Below are positions 58,601 through 64,000 of a stretch of 64,000 bases of DNA, piece by piece. The position numbers and the translations under genes were made by a program. Under the pieces are notes generated by a model. The model saw nothing but the letters and a program-made list of their open reading frames with translations. It was not told the origin of the DNA and did not search any database. The stretch comes from the human T2T-CHM13v2.0 reference genome, Homo sapiens: assembly GCF_009914755.1 (NCBI RefSeq), contig NC_060940.1, one strand, 5' to 3'. The stretch's first letter is position 1, and each line of letters begins with the position of its first letter.

Positions 58601-61600
58601 CATTTGATGATGATTCCTTTCAAGTTCATTAGATGATTCCATTCGATTCCATTTGATGATGATCCCATTCGAGTCCATTCAGTGATTCCATTCGTTTCCA
58701 TTCCATGATGATTCCATTCCTTTCCATTCAATGATTCCATTCGATTCCGTTTGATGATGATTTCATTCGAGTCCATTTGATGATTCCATTTGATTCCATT
58801 CGATGATGATTCCATTCGAGTCCATTCGATGATTCTATTCGAATCCATTTGATGATTTCTTTTGATTATATTTGGTGATGATTCCATTGGAGTCCATTCA
58901 ATGATTCCATTCTATTCCAATCGATGATGATTCCATTAGAGTCCATTTAATGATTCCATTTGATTCCAGTCTCTGATGATTACATTCGAGTCCATACGAT
59001 GATTCCACTCAATTCCATATGATGATGATTCCATTTGATTCCATTCGGTGATTCCATTCTATTCTATTCAATGGTGATTCCATTCGAGTACATTAGATGA
59101 TTCCATTCGATTCCATTCAATGATGATTCTATTTGTGTCCCTTAGATGATTCCACATGATTCCATTACATGATGATACTATTTGAGCCCATCCAATGATT
59201 CCCTTCGATTCCATTCGATGAGGATTCCATTCGATTCAATTCATTGGTGATTCTATTCAATTCAATTCTTTGATTCCATTCCATTCCATTCGACAATGAT
59301 TCCATTCGATTTCTTTCGATGATTCCACTTGATTCCACTTGACATTGATTCCATTCGATTCCATTCAATGATTCCATTTGATTCCAGTGGATGATGATTG
59401 CCATCGATTCCATTCGATCACTCCATTCTATTCCATTTGATGATGATTACATTCGATTCCATTTGATGATTCCATCTGATTCTATTCGAGGATTCCATTT
59501 GATTCCATTCGATGATGATTCCATTCGAGTCCATTCGATGATTTCATTCGAGTACATCCAATGATTCCATTCGAGTCCATTAGATGATTCCATTTGATTC
59601 CATTTGAAAATGATTCTACTAGAGTCCATTCAATGACTCCATTCGAGTCCATTCAACAATTCCATTCGACTCCATTCGATGATTCCATTCGATTCCATTT
59701 GATGGTTCCATTCGAGTCCATTTAATCATTACAGTCGAGTCCATTTGGTGATTCCACTGGATTTCTTTTGATAATGATACCATTCAATTACATTTGATGA
59801 TGATCCCATTCAATTTCATTTGATGATGATTCCATTAGAGTCCATTCGATGATTTCATTCGAGTCCCTTCATTGATTCCATCCGATTTCATTGGATGATG
59901 ACTCCATTCGAGTCCATTCGATGTTTCCACTCGATTCCATTAGATGACTCCATTGGAGTCCATTTGATTGTTCCATTCGATTCCATTCGATTCCTTTCAA
60001 AGATTATTCCATTTGAGTCCATTCGATGATGATTCCATTCCATTCCATTCGATGATTCCGTTTGATTCCATTCGATGATTCCCTTCGATTCCTTTCTTTG
60101 ATGATTCCATTCCATTCCATTCAATGATTCCATTCGAATCTATTCCATGATGATTCCTTTCGATTCCATTCGCTGATGTTTCCGTTCAATTCCATTCGAT
60201 GATGATTCCATTCGATTCCATTCATTGAGGATTCCATTTGATTCCATTCAATGATGATTCCATTCTATTCCATTCAATGATTGCATTCAATTCCATTCAA
60301 TGATTATCCCATTAGAGTAAACTCAACGATTCCATTCAATACCATTCGATGATGATTCCTTTTCAGTCCATTCAATGATTTCATTCAAGTCCATTTGATG
60401 ATTCCTTTCAATTCCATTCTATGATGATTCCATTCGAGTCCATTCGATGATTCCATTCGATTGCATTCGATGATTCCATTATATTCCATTCAACGGTGAT
60501 TCCATTCGAGTCCATTCCATGATTCCATTAGAGTACATTTAATGATTGCTTTGTTTCCAATTCGAAGATGATTACATTGGATTCCATTCTATGATACCAT
60601 TCGATTCCATTCAATGATGATTCCACTCAAATCCATTGGATGATTCCATTCGTGTCCATTCGGTGATTTCATTAGATTCCATTCGAGGATGATTCCATTC
60701 GATTCCATTCGATGATTCCATTCAATTCCATTCGATGATGATTCCATTCCAGTCCATATGATCATTCCATTTGATTTCATTCGATGATGATTCCATTCGA
60801 TTCGATTCGACGATTCCATTCTATTCCATTCGATGATGATTCCATTCGAGTCCATTCGATCATTCCATTCGAGTCCATTTAATGATTCCATTGGGTTCAA
60901 TTCAATGATGATTACATTGGATTCCGTTCTATGATTCCATTCAATTCCGTTCATTGACAATTTGATTCCATTCGATGATGATTCCATTTGAGTTCATTCG
61001 ATGATTCTATTCGATTCTCTTCGATGGTGATTCAATTCTATTATATTGGATGATTCCATTCGATTCCATTTGATGTTGATTCAATTCGATTCTATTCGAT
61101 GATGATTCCATTGGATTTCACTTGATGATTCTATTCGATTCCATTCAATGATGATTCACTTCTCGTCCATTGGATGATTCCATTTCATTCCATTCGATGA
61201 TGATTCCATTCGATTCCATTCGATGATTCCATTTGATTCCATGCGACGGTGAGCAATTCGATTCAATTCCATGATGATTCTATTTGATTCAATTAGATGA
61301 TGTTTCCATTCGAATCCATTCCATGATTATTCCATTGGAATCCATTTGGCGATGATTCCATATGAGTCAATTCAATGATGATTCCATATGGGTCCGTTCG
61401 ATGATAATTCCATTTGATTTCATTCGATGCTTCTATTCTATTCCAGTCGATGATGATTCCGTTGGAGTCCATACGATGATTCCATTTGATTTCATTTGAT
61501 GATGATTCCATTCGATGATGATTACATTGGATTCCATTCTATGATTCCATTCAATTCCATTCGTTGATGATTCGATTCCATTCAATGATGATTCCATTTG

Positions 61601-61793
61601 AGTTCATTCGATGATTCTATTCGATTCCGTTCGATGGTGATTCAATTCTATTATATTGGATGATTCCACTCGATTCCATTTGATGATTATTCCATTGGAG
61701 TCCACTTAGTGAATCCTTTAGATTCTACTCGACGATGATTCCATTCGAGTCCATTCGATGATACCATTCAATTCCATTCGTTGATGCTTCCAT
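55682..61793 (+). repeat. Standard 6112-bp higher-order unit
   Basis: Landmark spacing 55682->61794. Confidence 0.93.
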
Positions 61794-64000
61794 TCAAGTG
61801 CATTCGATGATATCATTCGATTCCATTTGATGATAATTCCATTTGATTCCATGCGATGATTCTATTCGATTCCATTCAATGATAATTCCATTCAATTCAG
61901 TGATTCCTCTGGACTCCATTTGATGATGATTCCATTCAATGATTCCATTCGATTCTATTCGAAAATGATTCCATTTGAATCCATTTGATGATGATTCCAT
62001 TAGATTCCATTTGATGATTCCATTCGATTCCATTCGACGATGATTCCATTCGATTCCGTTTGATGATTCCATTCTATTCTATTTGATGATGATTCCATTC
62101 GATTCCATTCGATGATGATTGGATTCGATTCCATTGGATGATTTCATTTGATTCCATTCGTTAATGATTTCGATCAATTCCATTCGATGATTCCATTCGA
62201 TTCCATTCGATAATGATTACATCCGAGTCCATTCGATGATTCCCTTTGAGCCTGTTCGATAATTCCATTTGAGTCCAACCAATGATTCCATTCATTTCCA
62301 TTCAATGATTCCATTCGAGTCCATTTGATCATTCCGGTAGGGTCCATTCGATGTTGATTCCATTGGAGTGCATTCGATGATTCCATTCGAGTCCATTTTA
62401 GGATTTGATTCGAGTCCTTTCGATGATTCCATTCGATTCCACTCGATGATGATTTCATTCGAGTCCATTCGACACTTCCAATCGATTCCATTTGATGATT
62501 CCATTCGAGTCCAATTGATGATTCCATTCAATTCCATTCGATGATGATTCCGTACGATTCCATTCTGTGATGATTCCATGTGATTGCATTCAATGATGAT
62601 TCCTTTCGATTGCATTCGATTATGATTCATTTCGTGTTCATTCTATGGTTCCACAGGTTTCCATTCGTGTCCATTCCATTATTCCATTCTATTCCATTTG
62701 ATGATGATTCCATTCGATTCCATTCATTGGTGATTCCACTCAATTCCATTCAATGATTCCATTCCATTTCTTTCAACAATGATTCCATTAGTTTCTAATC
62801 GATGATCCACTTGATTCCATTTGACGACGATTCCATTCTTGTCCATTCGATGATTCCATTTGATTCCGTATGATGATGATTCCATTCGATTCCATACCAT
62901 GATGATTCCATTCGAGTCCATTCAATGGTGATTCCATTCCATTCCATTCGATGATTCCTTTTGATTCCATTCGATGATGATGGCATTCGATTCCTTTCAA
63001 TCATTCCCTTTGATTCCATTCAAAGGTGATTTCATTCAAGTCCATTCGATAATTGCATTCGATTCCATTCTATGATGATTCCATTCGAGTCCATTTGATG
63101 ATTCCATTCAATTCAAGTCAATGATGATTCCATTCGATTCCATTCGATGATTCCATTGGATTCCATTCGATGATGATTCCATTCAAATCCATTTGATAAT
63201 TCAATTCAAGTCCATTCGATGATGATTCCAATCGAATCCATTCAAAGATTCCATTCAGTTCCATTCGATGATTCCCTTAGATTCCATTCGATGATTCCAC
63301 TTGATTGCATTTACGATGATTCCATTCGATTCCATGTGATGATTCCATTCAATTCTATTCAATGATGTCTCCATTTGATTCCATTCGACCATGATTGCCT
63401 TTGATTCCATTCAATGATTCCATTCGGTTCCGTTTGATGATGATTCCGTTCGATTCCATTTGATGATTCCATTTGATTCCATTGGATGAGTCCATTCGAT
63501 TACATTCGATGATTATTCCATTCGAGTGCATTAGATGATTCCATTCGAGTCCATTCGATGATTCCATTCGATTCCATTCGATGTTGATTCTGTTCAAATC
63601 CATTCGATGATTCCACTCGATTCCATTCGTTGACTCCATTTGATCCCATTCGATGATTTCCTTTGATTCCCTTTGATGATCATTCCATTTGATTCAATTC
63701 GGTGATTTCATTTGATTCCATTCAGTGATGTTTCCATTCGACTCCATTCGATGATGATTCCATTCGACTCCATTCGATTATGATTTCATTCAATTCCATT
63801 CGATAATGATTCCCTTCGAGTCCATTCGATGATTCCATTCGATTCCATTCAACGATGATTTGATTCGTGTCCATTCGATGATTCCATTTGATTCCACTTG
63901 ATGATGATTCCATTCGAGTCCATTTGATGATTCCATTCAATTCCATACTCCGATGATTTCTTTTGAGCCCACTCAATGCTTCCACTCGATTCCATATGAT
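61794..64000 (+). repeat. Partial 6112-type unit truncated by window end
   Basis: ORFs 62174, 62724, 63355 and 63722 lie at +6112 from 56062, 56612, 57243 and 57610. Confidence 0.9.

Larger units (their letters stand above)
1..64000 (+). repeat. Human Satellite II (HSat2/HSATII) pericentromeric array, CATTC strand on +; probably HSat2B-type with ~6.1-kb higher-order unit
   Basis: Continuous CATTCGATTC/CATTCGAGTC/GATGATTC motifs forming 23- and 26-bp monomers, dense in TCGA and GANTC sites. This is the HSat2 signature rather than the (CATTC)n runs of HSat3. Subfamily and chr16 placement rest on the recalled 6.1-kb period and are less certain than the family call. Confidence 0.97.

Noticed and set aside
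925-63985. Numerous minus-strand ORFs (MESSNGIEWNH... repeats, 60-132 aa)
   Set aside because: They are translations of the GAATG strand, which is rich in ATG and poor in stops. They are low complexity, overlap in several frames, are freely disrupted between copies and show no recognisable domain.
1-64000. CRISPR-like array or other prokaryotic/novel defence system
   Set aside because: The 23/26-bp repeats are contiguous with no unique spacers, leader or associated genes.
1-64000. HSat3, alpha satellite or telomeric repeat
   Set aside because: No long pure (CATTC)n runs, no 171-bp monomer or CENP-B box seen, no TTAGGG arrays. The 170-bp indel is a sum of 23/26-mers.

Overview
The whole 64 kb window is one uninterrupted, single-orientation array of primate (most likely human) Satellite II (HSat2/HSATII): diverged (CATTC)n organised as 23/26-bp monomers (CATTCGATTCCATTCGATGA[TGA]TTC). 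I see no genes, RNA genes, transposon insertions or inversions, and I found no novel coding system. The ORF track is a by-product of translating the GAATG strand, but it is useful as a ruler. A landmark that occurs once per unit (stop codon of the '...NDIIECT' pseudo-ORF) falls at 925, 7956, 12085, 16214, 23366, 27097, 31398, 37510, 43540, 49570, 55682 and 61794. This gives higher-order unit lengths of 7031, 4129, 4129, 7152, 3731, 4301, 6112, 6030, 6030, 6112 and 6112 bp. A ~6.1-kb unit fits my recollection of the HSat2B array at chr16q11.2 (not verified). The interest is structural: a rearranged left domain (1-31 kb) gives way to regular 6.1-kb units. Every variant length can be derived from the 6112-bp unit by a small set of shared, monomer-quantised indels. 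There are two apparently very recent tandem duplications, a ~1.83-kb HSat2 block absent from the standard unit, a breakpoint cluster and periodic DUX4-consensus sites.
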